Source: an uncultured bacterium (GTDB lineage Bacteria; Actinomycetota; Actinomycetes; S36-B12). Taken from it: DNA of 64,000 nucleotides. A program made the translations under genes and the position numbers. This document shows positions 9,745 through 20,108 of the stretch, piece after piece. The stretch is taken from assembly GCA_963793105.1 (NCBI GenBank), contig CAWBZB010000015.1, forward strand, positions 6,168 through 70,167. The letters run 5' to 3'. Position 1 is the stretch's first letter. Every line of letters starts with the position of its first letter. A model generated the notes under the pieces. That model ran no database searches. It was not told the DNA's origin and saw nothing but the letters and a program-made list of their open reading frames with translations.

Positions 9745-11118
9745 ATGCAGCTGCATGACCTGACCGCCCTCGAGCAGGCGGCCGCGATCCGCCGCCGGGA
9801 GATCTCGTCCGTCGAGCTGACCCGGCACTACCTCGATCGCTCGCACGCCCTGAACGAGGCGGTGGGGGCCTTCGCCACCTTCACCGACGAGCTGGCCCTG
9901 GAGCAGGCGGCCGAGGCGGACCGCCTGGCGGCCGCCGACGAGTCGGTCCTGCCCGTGCTCCATGGCGTGGTCGTGCCGGTGAAGGACCTCAACCAGGTGC
10001 GCGGCGTGCGCACCCGATTCGGGACCCGGGTCGTCGACATCGTGTCCGACATCGACGACGACGTCGTCGGTGAGCTGCGACGTGGCAACACGGTCATGAC
10101 CGGGAAGACGACCACCCCGGAGTTCGGCCTCCCGGCCTACACCGAGAGCGACATCGGCCCCTACGCCCGGACTCCCTGGGACCTCACCCGTGGTGCCGGC
10201 GGGTCCAGCGGGGGAGCGGCGGCGGCAGTCGCCGCGGGGCTCGCGCCGGTCGCCCAGGGCTCCGACGGAGGCGGCTCCATCCGGATCCCGGCCAGCGTGT
10301 GCGGACTCGTCGGCGTGAAGCCCTCGCGGGGCCTGGTGTCGAACGGGCCGATGCCCGATGGCCCGGGGCGCCTGGGAGTCCAGGGCGTCCTGGCCCGCAC
10401 GGTCGAGGACGCGGCGGCCCTGCTGGGCGTGCTGACCGGCACCGACGACGCCTACCTGCGTGGCCTCCGCGAGCCGGGCTCCCTGCTGATCGGCCGCTAT
10501 CACCAGCCGGTCATCGCGGAGACCGACGTGCATCCGCAGGCCCTGGCTGCCTTCGAGGCGGCGTCGGCGCTGCTCGAATCGCTCGGCCACCGGCTCGTCG
10601 ACGTGGACGTCCCCGTGCCCCTCGACGCGGTGCCGTCCTTCGAGCTGGTCTGGGCGGCCGGCGCGGCGGGGATCCCGATCCCGTCGGACCGCGAGGCGGA
10701 CCTGCGCCCCCTCACCCGCTGGCTGCGGGAGCGGGGTCGAGCGCTGAGCGACGCGGACCTGCAGGATGCCCTCGACCACATGGCCCACCACGCGGAACGG
10801 GCGCTGGCGCAGTCGGCCCACCTCGACATCGTCCTCACGCCCACGTTGGCCGAGGTGCCGGCGCTGGTCGGGACGATCCGCGACGACGAGGACCCCGAGG
10901 CGGACTTCGAGGCCCAGAAGCGGTTCACCCCCTACACGTCGCCGTACAACATGACGGGGCAGCCGGCCGTTAGTCTGCCCCTGCACTGGACGGACGACGG
11001 CCTTCCCGTGGGGATCCAGCTGGCGTCCCGTCCGATGCACGAATCGATCCTCATGAGCCTGGCCGCGCAACTCGAACGCGCGCGGCCCTGGGCCCATCGA
11101 CACCCGGAGGTCTGGTGA
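9745..11118 (+). CDS. amidase (amidase-signature family)
   Basis: ORF 9745..11118. GGSSGGAAAAVAAG and GSDGGGSIRIPAS signature motifs. Confidence 0.85.
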   Translation: MQLHDLTALEQAAAIRRREISSVELTRHYLDRSHALNEAVGAFATFTDELALEQAAEADRLAAADESVLPVLHGVVVPVKDLNQVRGVRTRFGTRVVDIVSDIDDDVVGELRRGNTVMTGKTTTPEFGLPAYTESDIGPYARTPWDLTRGAGGSSGGAAAAVAAGLAPVAQGSDGGGSIRIPASVCGLVGVKPSRGLVSNGPMPDGPGRLGVQGVLARTVEDAAALLGVLTGTDDAYLRGLREPGSLLIGRYHQPVIAETDVHPQALAAFEAASALLESLGHRLVDVDVPVPLDAVPSFELVWAAGAAGIPIPSDREADLRPLTRWLRERGRALSDADLQDALDHMAHHAERALAQSAHLDIVLTPTLAEVPALVGTIRDDEDPEADFEAQKRFTPYTSPYNMTGQPAVSLPLHWTDDGLPVGIQLASRPMHESILMSLAAQLERARPWAHRHPEVW

Positions 11119-13265
11119 CCGTGCCCGAAGCACCCGAGTGGACTCCGGTGCCCGACGACCTTGGCCGGCTCGCGGCGGCCTACGGCGTGGCCACCGAGTA
11201 CTGGGACCAGGGCGGCAGTCTCGTCCAGGTAGGCAGTGCCACCGTCGCCGCCGTGCTGATGGCCCTCGGCCTGGACGTGTCGAGCAGCACGGCCATCGAG
11301 GCCGCCGTCGAGGAGAAGCGGCTGCGGGACTGGCGGCGCATGCTCCCTCCGGTGTTCGTCATGCGCCAGGGGGAGGACCAGCGGCTGTGGGTCCACGTGG
11401 CCGACGGTTCGCCGGCCAGGGCGTGGATCCGGACCGAGGCCGGCGACCGTGTCGACCTGCAGCAGATGGACCACTGGGTCGAGCCGGTCGAGGTGGATGG
11501 CCGCCTCGTCGGGGAGGCGAGCTTCCGGGTGCCTGCCGACTTCCCGCTCGGTTGGCACACCGCGCACGCGGAGTCCGGTGGCACGTCGTCCACGGCGCCG
11601 GTCGTCGTCGCTCCCCAGCGGCTGGACCCCGAGACGATCGCCGGGGAGCGTCAGTGGGGCTTCATGACCCAGGTCTATGCCATGCGGTCGGAAGGCTCGT
11701 GGGGCATCGGCGACCTACGCGACCTCGCGACCCTCGCGTCGTGGAGCGGTCGCAGCCTGGGCGCGGGCTTCGTCCTCATCAACCCGCTTCATGCGGCCTC
11801 CCCGGTGCCACCCATGTCACCGTCGCCCTACCTGCCCGTCACGCGGCGCTTCGCCAACCCGATGTACCTGCGGATCGAGGACATCCCCGAACTCGGCCGG
11901 ATGACGGCGGCGGTCGTCGATCAGATCGAGAGCCTGGCGACGCGACTTCGTCGGATGAACGGAACCGCGGACCTGCTGGAACGCGATGCGGTGTGGGCGG
12001 CGAAGCGCACGGCGCTGGAGGCGATCCACCGCGCGGGGACGACCGACGAGCGCCGCGAGGCCTTCCAGGCCTACCTCGAGCGCGAGGGCCAGGGCCTGAG
12101 CGACTTCGCCACCTGGTGCGCGCTCAGCGACGTGCACGGGGTGCGTCCGGAGGCCTGGCCCGCGGACCTCGCCCATCCGCGCGACCCCGCCGTGACCACC
12201 TTCCGCGAGGAGCACGCGGCACTGGTGGAGTTCCATGCCTGGCTGCAGTGGCTGCTGGACGAGCAGATGGCGGCGACCCAGGCGGCCGCGCGCGAGGCCG
12301 GCATGGCGATCGGCATCATGCACGACCTGGCCGTGGGCGTGCACCCGGAGGGCTCCGACGCCTGGGCACTCCAGGACGTGCTCGCCCGCGGAGTCAGCGT
12401 GGGAGCCCCGCCCGACATGTACAACCAGCAGGGCCAGGACTGGTCGCAGCCGCCGTGGCGCCCGGACGCGCTGGCGGAGGCGGCCTTCGTGCCGTTCCGC
12501 GACATGCTGCGCACGGTCCTCGGGCACGCGGGCGGCCTGCGGATCGATCATGTCCTCGGCCTGTTCCGGCTGTGGTGGGTGCCGCAGGGCCTGCCGGCGT
12601 ATGCCGGGACGTTCGTCCGGTTCGACTACGACGCCATGCTCAGCGTCCTCATGCTCGAGGCGTACCGGGCGGGGGCGCTGGTCGTGGGCGAGGATCTCGG
12701 CACGGTCGAGCCGTGGGTGCAGGACGTGCTGGGCGAACGCGGCATTCTCGGCACCAGCATCCTGTGGTTCGAGACGATGGAGGGCGTGATCCGGGAGCCG
12801 CACGACTGGCGCAAGGACGTGCTCGCCAGCGTGACCGTCCACGACCTTCCCCCGACCGCGGGCTACCTGCGCGACGAGCACGTGCGCATCCGGGCCGAAC
12901 TCGGTCTGCTGACGACTCCGGAGGAGACCGAACGCGCCCACGCCGATCGCGAGCGCCAGGCGTGGGCCGAGGTCCTGCGCCGGCACGGCTGGCTGGGAGC
13001 GGACGTCGATCTGGACTCGGACGAGGGCCTCGCGGAGATGGTCGTCGCGCTGCACCGGGCGGTCGCCGCTTCACCGGCCCGGCTCGTCGGGGTGTCCCTG
13101 CCCGATGCGGCGGGGGACCGTCGCGCGCAGAACCAGCCGGGCACCGACCAGGAGTACCCGAACTGGCGCGTGCCCATCACCGACGGCGAGGGGCGCCCGG
13201 TGCTCCTCGAGGAGCTCATGCAGGGCTCCTCTCTGCTCAACTCCCTCGTCGCCACGGTCCGTTAG
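11115..13265 (+). CDS. malQ: 4-alpha-glucanotransferase (GH77)
   Basis: ORF 11115..13265. The GTG start overlaps the amidase stop (GTGA). RIDHVLGLFRLWW, GEDLGTVEPW and HDLPP motifs. Confidence 0.9.
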   Translation: MTVPEAPEWTPVPDDLGRLAAAYGVATEYWDQGGSLVQVGSATVAAVLMALGLDVSSSTAIEAAVEEKRLRDWRRMLPPVFVMRQGEDQRLWVHVADGSPARAWIRTEAGDRVDLQQMDHWVEPVEVDGRLVGEASFRVPADFPLGWHTAHAESGGTSSTAPVVVAPQRLDPETIAGERQWGFMTQVYAMRSEGSWGIGDLRDLATLASWSGRSLGAGFVLINPLHAASPVPPMSPSPYLPVTRRFANPMYLRIEDIPELGRMTAAVVDQIESLATRLRRMNGTADLLERDAVWAAKRTALEAIHRAGTTDERREAFQAYLEREGQGLSDFATWCALSDVHGVRPEAWPADLAHPRDPAVTTFREEHAALVEFHAWLQWLLDEQMAATQAAAREAGMAIGIMHDLAVGVHPEGSDAWALQDVLARGVSVGAPPDMYNQQGQDWSQPPWRPDALAEAAFVPFRDMLRTVLGHAGGLRIDHVLGLFRLWWVPQGLPAYAGTFVRFDYDAMLSVLMLEAYRAGALVVGEDLGTVEPWVQDVLGERGILGTSILWFETMEGVIREPHDWRKDVLASVTVHDLPPTAGYLRDEHVRIRAELGLLTTPEETERAHADRERQAWAEVLRRHGWLGADVDLDSDEGLAEMVVALHRAVAASPARLVGVSLPDAAGDRRAQNQPGTDQEYPNWRVPITDGEGRPVLLEELMQGSSLLNSLVATVR

Positions 13266-13274
13266 GCTGGCGGC

Positions 13275-13514
13275 GTGAATCCCGTCCAGGCTCTTCTCGT
13301 CTTCCTCGGCATTCCCGTGGCGTTCTCGATCGTCATCGGCGTCCTCGTCTACGCGTCGTCATGGACGCGGTCGGGGCGCGCGAGCGGCGACTACGACTCG
13401 GGCCCGTTCATGGTCGTCAGCGACCCGGCCCTGCCGGACCCGTCGCGGCTGCCGAGTGAGCTGGCGGCAGCGACGACGACCGTGGCGGGAGGTGGCGTCA
13501 GTGCCCGCTGGTGA
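13275..13514 (+). CDS. small membrane protein, function unknown
   Basis: ORF 13275..13514. One N-terminal TM helix and high GC3. Overlaps the next gene by 14 nt. Confidence 0.5.
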   Translation: MNPVQALLVFLGIPVAFSIVIGVLVYASSWTRSGRASGDYDSGPFMVVSDPALPDPSRLPSELAAATTTVAGGGVSARW

Positions 13515-13929
13515 CACCAACGCCTACGAGCTCGGCTCCACCGGCGAGGTCAGTCCGCTGTCCGGCGCCCAGCGCACCGACCTGACCCGTCTGGTCGAGC
13601 GGGCCCGGGCCATCTGCGGCTACGGCTTCGGCGTGTACATCGGACCGCTGCCGTCCGGGCACGAGTCGGCAGTCGCCCAGCATGCGCTGCTGCCGGACCC
13701 TGCGTCGGCGGTGCTCGTCGCCGTGGACCCGTCGTCGCGGGCGATCGAGATCGTCACCGGCATCAACACGGTGGCCGCGCTCGACAACCGGGCGTGCGAG
13801 TTCGCTGCCCTGTCGATGAAGTCCTGCTTCGTCGCCGATGACCTCGTCGGCGGGGTGCGGGAGGGCGTGACGCTGCTGGCGCAGCACGCCCGTCATCCGC
13901 TCGTGATGCACCTCGACGAACCCGCCTAG
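13501..13929 (+). CDS. DUF5130-like conserved actinobacterial protein
   Basis: ORF 13456..13929 read from the GTG at 13501 (VPAGDTNAYELG...). Family assignment is from memory only. Confidence 0.55.
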   Translation: MPAGDTNAYELGSTGEVSPLSGAQRTDLTRLVERARAICGYGFGVYIGPLPSGHESAVAQHALLPDPASAVLVAVDPSSRAIEIVTGINTVAALDNRACEFAALSMKSCFVADDLVGGVREGVTLLAQHARHPLVMHLDEPA

Positions 13930-13940
13930 CTCCCGCCCGC

Positions 13941-14050
13941 CCGCACCCCGCACCCCCCGCCCCCCTCTTTTCTTCCGCGAGTGGCCACTTGTTGCTGCTC
14001 TGGCGGGCCTCCTGACCGCAAGGACTGGCCACTCGGCGTTCCTGGGGATG
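13941..14050. repeat. GC-rich palindromic intergenic repeat, copy A
   Basis: C-rich tract, then GAGTGGCCACTTGTTGCTGC ... GCAAGGACTGGCCACTC. The arms are inverted repeats. Confidence 0.8.
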
Positions 14051-14118
14051 GTGGTCAGCCGTCCACAGCCCAGGAATGACGACCGCGACCGAGGTCGTTC
14101 TCCTGACGTACTGGCCGA

Positions 14119-15031
14119 ATGTCGAATTCGAGCCGCGGCCACCTGCCGCATCCGCCGCCGTCACCCTTCCTCGTCTCTGCCGCGGGGGCGCCGGGCCTGT
14201 CGCCGGCGCAGGTGCGGCACTCGAGGTTCATCGCACCCTCCCGAGGCGTTCGGGTGTCCGCTGACGCTGCGGACCTTCCCGCAGATCTCGCGTCCGCAGC
14301 CCTGCTTGTCGCGCCTGCCGATGCGCATGCTCTGCGACCTGTCGGCCGCGACGTTCTGGAACCTTCCGCTCCCGCCCTGGATCGGTCTCTCCGACGACCT
14401 CCCGGTCGCGGTGGCGCGACCGGCCGGAGCCCAACGTCAGCGGCAGCGCCGCCGAGGAGTGCGTGGCCGGCGGCTCAGGCTCCCGTCAGAGCACGTCGTG
14501 ACGCGCGACGGACTGCTCGTCACGAGTCCGGCGCGCACGTGGTTGGACTGCGCCGAGTTCCTGCCGATCGAGCACGTGGTCGCCATGGGCGACGTGGTGC
14601 TTCGCCGTCGCCTCTGTGCCTGGGATGAGTGCGCGGCGATCGTCCGATGGGGTCGCGGTCGGCGCGGCGTGCTGGTCGCACGCCAGGCGCTGCCGCTGCT
14701 CGATGCGCGGGCCGAGTCGCCGTCGGAGTCACTCGTGCGCTGCCATCTCCTGCTCCAGGGGATACCCCGACCGGTCTGCAACCTCGACATCGTCGTCGAC
14801 GGGGAGTGGCTCGCCCGAGCCGACCTCGCCTGGCCCGAGTGCCGAGTCATCGTCGAGTACGACGGAAGCGTGCATCTGAGCGAAGCGCGGAGGCGATCCG
14901 ATGCGGCCCGGCGCAACCTCCTACAGGACGCCGGGTGGCTCGTCATCGTCTTCACGGCGTCCGACCTCGGGCGGCCGTGGGCGATGGCGAACCTCGTGCG
15001 CTCGGCCTTGAAGGCTCGCACCCCCCGGTGA
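14119..15031 (+). pseudogene. DUF559 / Vsr-like endonuclease-domain protein, one frame change near 14330
   Basis: The N-terminal part is in ORF 14119..14628 (GLSPAQVRHSRFIAPSRGVRV...AALLVAPADAHA). The remainder is in ORF 14048..15031 (CDLSAATFWNLPLP ... VIVEYDGSVHLSEARRRSDAARRNLLQDAGW). An intact ATG-initiated fragment starts at 14321. Confidence 0.7.
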
Positions 15032-15125
15032 GTGGCCAGTTGTCGCTGCTTGAACCGGCGTTCCGGCCGCAACAACTGGCCACTCGCGTGGGTGGTGGGT
15101 GGGGGGGTGCGGGGTACGCGGGGTC
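15021..15125. repeat. GC-rich palindromic intergenic repeat, copy B
   Basis: GAGTGGCCAGTTGTCGCTGC ... GCAACAACTGGCCACTC followed by a G-rich tract. Lies between the convergent DUF559 and pepN genes and supplies the DUF559 TGA stop. Confidence 0.8.
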
Positions 15126-15131
15126 GACGGG

Positions 15132-17707
15132 CTACGCGGCGTCGGCGTCCTTCGCCCTGGCCCGCAGCGCCCGCAGCACCCCGTCGCGACCTTCGCTCAC
15201 CAGTCGCCGGCACCCGGTCGGCAGGTCCTGCGCGAGGAAGGCGTCCGTCGCCGCGATGGTCCGGTCGTCGACGAGGAGGAACGGGTACAGGCCCATCGTG
15301 ATCGACTGGGCCATCTCCGACGTCCGCTCGCGCCACACCGAAGGAAGCACCTCGAAGTAGCGGTCGCGGTAGTGGGACAGCAGGTCGACCTGGTCCGGCT
15401 GGACGAAGCCGCCGATGGTCGCCTCCATGATCGCGTTCGGCACGTCGGTGCGGTCGATGATCTCCGCCCACGCGAGCTCCTTCGCGACGGCGGTCGGTCG
15501 CGCGGCGCGTGCCACGGCTGCCTGCCGGCGGCCCGTGGCGGTGTCGTCGGCATCCTGCTCCGCCTCGATGGCGTCGTCCTCGAGCCGCCCGGCGACGACG
15601 AGCCGCTGCAGCAGGAACCATCGCAGGTCGGTGTCGACGGCCAGGCCCTCCCAGACCAGCGAGCCGTCCAGGAGGGCGGCGACGGCGTCGAGCTGGGCGT
15701 CGGTCGTGGCGGACGACGCGAACGCGCGGGTGAAGGCCAGCTGGCGGTCGCTGGACTCCACGGCCGCCTCCGCGAGCTCGCGCATCGCGTCGGAGAGCTG
15801 GATCAGGTAGCCGGTGCGCTTGGCGGGGTCGGCGTACTGGTCCACGGCAGCTCGCAGTTGACGCAGCACCCCCTGCACGACCCCGATGTCGGTCTCGCGC
15901 CCGATTCCGGAGAGCACGAGCCGGACGAAGTCACCGGTCGAGGTCTCCGCATCCCGGGTCATGTCCCACGCGGCCCCCCACACGAGCGCCCGCGCCAGCG
16001 GGTCGTCGATATCGCCGAGGTGCTCGGTGGCCGTGGCCCAGGAGCGCTCGTCGAGGCGGATCTTCGCGAAGGTGAGGTCGTCGTCGTTCACCAGCAGCAG
16101 GTCCGGCTGGGCGACGCCGACGAGCTGCGGCACGTCGGTGCAGGGCCCCCTCGACGTCGATCTCGATCCGGTTCCGGCGCACCAGCGCCCCCTCGACGAG
16201 GTCGTACAGGCCCAGGGCGATCCGATGCGAACGCAGGGTCGGGGCCACGCCCACGGGCGCGGAGGGCGGCTCCTGCGCGACGGCCACGGACGCGTACGTC
16301 CCGTCCTCGCGGAGCTCGACCACCGGGCGGAGCAGGTTGACGCCGCTGGTCTGGAGCCAGTCGCGGGTCCAGCCCGACAGGTCGCGTCCGCTGGTGGCCT
16401 CCAGCTCGGACAGCAGGTCGGACAGCTGGGTGTTGCCCCAGGCGTGCTTGGCGAAGTAGTGGCGGACGCCGGCGAGGAACTGCTCCTCGCCGACCCAGGC
16501 GACGAGCTGCCGCAGGGCCGAGGCCCCCTTCGCGTAGGTGATGCCGTCGAAGTTCACCTCGACCGCGTCCAGGTCGACCATGTCCGCGGCGATCGGGTGC
16601 GTGGACGGCAGCTGGTCCTGACGGTACGCCCAGGCCTTGCGCTGGTTGGTGAACGTCGTCCAGGCGTTCGTGTACCGGGTCGCGTTGGCGTTCGACCAGT
16701 GCGCCGCCCACTCCGCGAACGACTCGTTCAGCCACAGGTCGTCCCACCACGTCATCGTGACCAGGTCGCCGAACCACATGTGCGCGAGCTCGTGGAGGAT
16801 CGTGTTGGCGCGCTGCTCGTAGGCCGCGTCGGTGACACGGGACCGGAAGACGTAGTCCTCGAGGATGGTCACGCACCCGGCGTTCTCCATCGCGCCGGCG
16901 TTGAACTCGGGGACGAAGAGCTGGTCGTACTTGGCGAAGGGGTAGGGGGTGCGGAACTGGTCCTCGTAGTAGGCGAACCCCTGCTTCGTGACGGTGAAGA
17001 TCTCCTCCGCGTCGAGGAACTTGGACAGCGACTCGCGGCAGTAGACGTCCAGCGGGTAGGTCCCGAACTGACCGGAGTAGGTGTCGCTCACCCGGTGGTA
17101 CGGGCCGGCAACCAGGGCGGTGATGTACGTGGACATCCGCGGGGTGGGGGCGAAGGCCCACGTCGCGGTGCCGTCACCGTGCACCGTCGGGCTCCGGCGT
17201 CGGCGAGTTGCTCACCACGTGCCAGTGCGACGGGGCCGTGACGGTCAGCTGGAAGGTGGCCTTCAGGTCAGGCTGCTCGAAGCTGGCGTACATGCGTCGG
17301 GAGTCGGCCGTCTCGAACTGGCTGTAGAGGTAGACCTCCTTGTCGACGGGGTCGACGAACCGGTGCAGCCCCTCGCCGGTGTTCACGAACGAGCAGTCCG
17401 CCACGACGACGAGGGTGTTGTCGGCCCGCAGGTCGGGCAGCGCGATGCGGTACCCCTGCACGACCGAGCTGACGTCCAGGTCGACGCCGTTCAGCGTGAC
17501 GGAGTGGACCGTGGCCGCGATGAGGTCGATCCAGGTACTCGACCCGGGGGCGGTTGACGTGAAGGCCACGGTGGTGGCGGACGAGAACGTCGCCCCGGTT
17601 CCCGTGACGTCGACGACGACGTCGTAGGACTGGACGGCGATGACCGACGAGCGTTCCTTGGTCTCGGCCCGGGTCATGTTCTCGGATGCGGTCATGCTGG
17701 AATCCAA
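15132..17707 (-). pseudogene. pepN: aminopeptidase N, split into three frames
   Basis: ORFs 17174..17707, 15931..17184 and 15132..16133 together give a colinear PepN. Motifs GAMEN, HELAHMWFGD and WLNESFAEW are present. Frame changes lie near 17180 and near 16145, the latter in a G5 run. Confidence 0.9.
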
Positions 17708-17712
17708 CCATC

Positions 17713-18117
17713 ATGGGTGCCATGGCTCGAACGGTGCTGGTCTTCGACGGCGACTGCGGCTTCTGCACGTGGAGTGCGGCGCGACTCGCCGACTGGTCGA
17801 GGGGCGCTCTCGTGACGGTCCCGTGGCAGCGGGCGGACCTGCCCGCCCTGGGCCTCGACGAGGCGCAGTGCGCCACCGCGGTGCAGTACGTCGATGCCTC
17901 GGGGACGCGGGCCGGCGGAAGGGCGGTCGCCGCGGCCCTGCGCTGCTGCCGGCAGCCGTGGCGCACGCTCGGGATCGTGCTGTCGAGCCCGGTGCTCGAG
18001 CCGCTGGTTGAGCGGGCCTACGTCCTGGTGGCGGCCAATCGGCACCGCCTGCCCGGGTCCACGCCGGCCTGTCGCCTAGATGACGATGCGCGGTTCGGCG
18101 TCGGCGTCGGCGGGTAG
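17713..18117 (+). CDS. DCC-family thiol-disulfide oxidoreductase (DUF393)
   Basis: ORF 17686..18117 from an internal ATG. VLVFDGDCGFC motif. Confidence 0.75.
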   Translation: MGAMARTVLVFDGDCGFCTWSAARLADWSRGALVTVPWQRADLPALGLDEAQCATAVQYVDASGTRAGGRAVAAALRCCRQPWRTLGIVLSSPVLEPLVERAYVLVAANRHRLPGSTPACRLDDDARFGVGVGG

Positions 18118-18746
18118 CGAGCGCGCACAGCCGTCCCGCCATCTCACGGCCGTCCACAGGGCGGCGAGCGCGTCGAGTGCGTCGTCGACCGGCACGTCGG
18201 TGGGTCGGCCGGCGACGATGTCGTCGACTCGGGAAGCCAGGCGCGCAGAGCGTCCAGTCGCGCGGCCACGCCCTCGGGCGACTTCTTGCGGGGCAGCACA
18301 CGCCCGGACATCTCGGCGAAGGACACCTCCGGGTGCACCTCGACGACGCGATGGTCCGGCGTGGCGGCGAGGAAGGCGTCCAGCGCCAGGATCCTGGGGG
18401 CCAGGTGCAGCGCCTGCCGGCTGACCCCCTTGCCCATCAGCCGGCGGCTCACGATCTGCGCATCGGAGTTCGGGGCCGAGGGGCCGAGCTCGAGTACTCC
18501 CCGCGGCGGCGTGGTGAACACGCGGGATGACGCCCCCGGCAGGGATTGACGGGCCAGCGCGTCGCACTTCCGCTCACCCGCGGCGAGCAGACCGATCGGC
18601 ATGTCGATGGCCGCCACAACGTCCGGCCCGAGCAGGCTGCCGACCTCGGGGATGCGAGCCGTCGACCAGTCGACCGCGGAGTCGGTGAGATTCGCGGCGA
18701 CCCAGCCTCCGCGGTATCCGTCGATCCCGATCGCGTTGCCGGACAC
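18076..18746 (-). pseudogene. DUF429 domain protein, frame change near 18235
   Basis: IGIDGYRGGWVAA ... in ORF 18144..19235 continues as VDDIVAGRPTDVPVDDALDALAALWTAVRW in ORF 18076..18567. Confidence 0.65.
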
Positions 18747-19235
18747 GGACGGGATGCCCGCACGTCTCGTCAGGGACTGAATCCGGTCGGCGATAACCGT
18801 GACGGGCAGCCGTCCGTCGATCTCCAGTGTCGACGTCTGGCGCAGCAGGGGTTCCACGACCTCGATGTCCGCCATGATGCGACGCATGTCCTCGGGGGAT
18901 TTCCCGAACGGGTTGTCGTTCCGGCTCGCCAACCTGCCGGCGAGCACCTCGAGGGGGGCGCTGAGCAGGACGACCGCGTCGAAGCGGTCGTAGAACCTTC
19001 CCTGGTTCGAGACGCACCCCGAGACAACCAGCGGCCCGGAACCGGCCGAGTCGAGCAGCCCGGATATGCGGTCCTCCCGCCACACCTGGTGCCAAGCGGT
19101 GCCGTCGGGCGTCAGGACCTCCTCGCTCCAGCCCTCGTCGTCGGTGTCCACGACCTGCATGCCGCGTCGGGCCAGTTCGATCAGGACGGTCGACTTGCCG
19201 GTCCCGGACATCCCGGTGACGAGGACTGTCCTCAC
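18747..19235 (-). CDS. P-loop NTPase (AAA / small-kinase-like) domain, reads in frame into the DUF429 segment
   Basis: N-terminus of ORF 18144..19235. Walker A GMSGTGKST. No stop codon before the DUF429 segment. Confidence 0.6.
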
Positions 19236-19275
19236 GGCCGGCAGCCTATGCGGGCTCGGGGCGGCGGTCGACGGG

Positions 19276-19932
19276 TCAGGTGCCTTCGCGGAGGGTGCGG
19301 GCGTACTTCTTCCACGGCCGGTCGATGAGGATCGGGTAGAGCAGGCGGACCGGGGCGGGCAGCTCGGCCTTCATGAAGGCGCGGTCGTCCTCGTTGAGGG
19401 GCTCCAGCAGCATCCCGAACGCGACCGGCATCTTGTCCCGGGGGATCGACGCGCGGGCATTCTCGCCCATGGCCGCCCATTCGGCCTGCGTGATCGTCGT
19501 CGCAGCCAGCGGGACGATCCGCTGCTCCTCATCGTCCAGATGCGGCTGGAGCGTGGCGTTGAGGTTCTGCAGCGATGCGGCCAGCGCCTCGCCCGTCTCG
19601 GCGGAGGGCTGGGCGCGCCAGGCGGCGCAGGCCGCCGATGCCGTATCGATCGTCGCGGTGACGTCCTGGTGCTGCTTCTCCACCTCCTCGATCATCGCGG
19701 CCTGCTCGGGCGCGCGCTCGATCATCTTCGGGTAGAGCAGCTCGTCCTCGCTCTCGTGGTGGTGGTGCAGCATGCCGACGCCGAAGTCGATGTGGTCCGC
19801 CAGGAAGGTGACCCGGGCGGGTGACGGGGTCGGGTTGCTGCGCACCAGCTGGGCCGCCTCCTCGTAGAGGGCGCGGAAGGTGGCATGGACGATCGCCATG
19901 TCGCGGACGTCGATCGGCTGGGCGTTCGCCAT
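19276..19932 (-). CDS. hemerythrin domain-containing protein
   Basis: ORF 19276..20046 from ATG 19932. His/Glu-rich HHHHESEDELLYP and repeated H/E metal-ligand spacing. Confidence 0.7.
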   Translation of the reverse strand: MANAQPIDVRDMAIVHATFRALYEEAAQLVRSNPTPSPARVTFLADHIDFGVGMLHHHHESEDELLYPKMIERAPEQAAMIEEVEKQHQDVTATIDTASAACAAWRAQPSAETGEALAASLQNLNATLQPHLDDEEQRIVPLAATTITQAEWAAMGENARASIPRDKMPVAFGMLLEPLNEDDRAFMKAELPAPVRLLYPILIDRPWKKYARTLREGT

Positions 19933-20108
19933 CGGTGGGCTCCTCGGTGTGTCGGTCCGCGGGCGTCTGATCGCCGCTCGTCGAACTCGGGAACAGGTAG
20001 TGATCGTAGGCGATCCGGGCATCAGGGAAGGCGGGTTCGTCGACATGACCGACGACGAACCGGCAGTCCGCTCGCCCTCCCGGAGCGCCCATGTCAGGAT
20101 GCGGGACC

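Noticed and set aside
14119-15031. DUF559 gene flanked by palindromic repeats as a mobile element.
   Set aside because: No transposase or recombinase, no terminal inverted repeats distinct from the general repeat family, and no target-site duplication seen.
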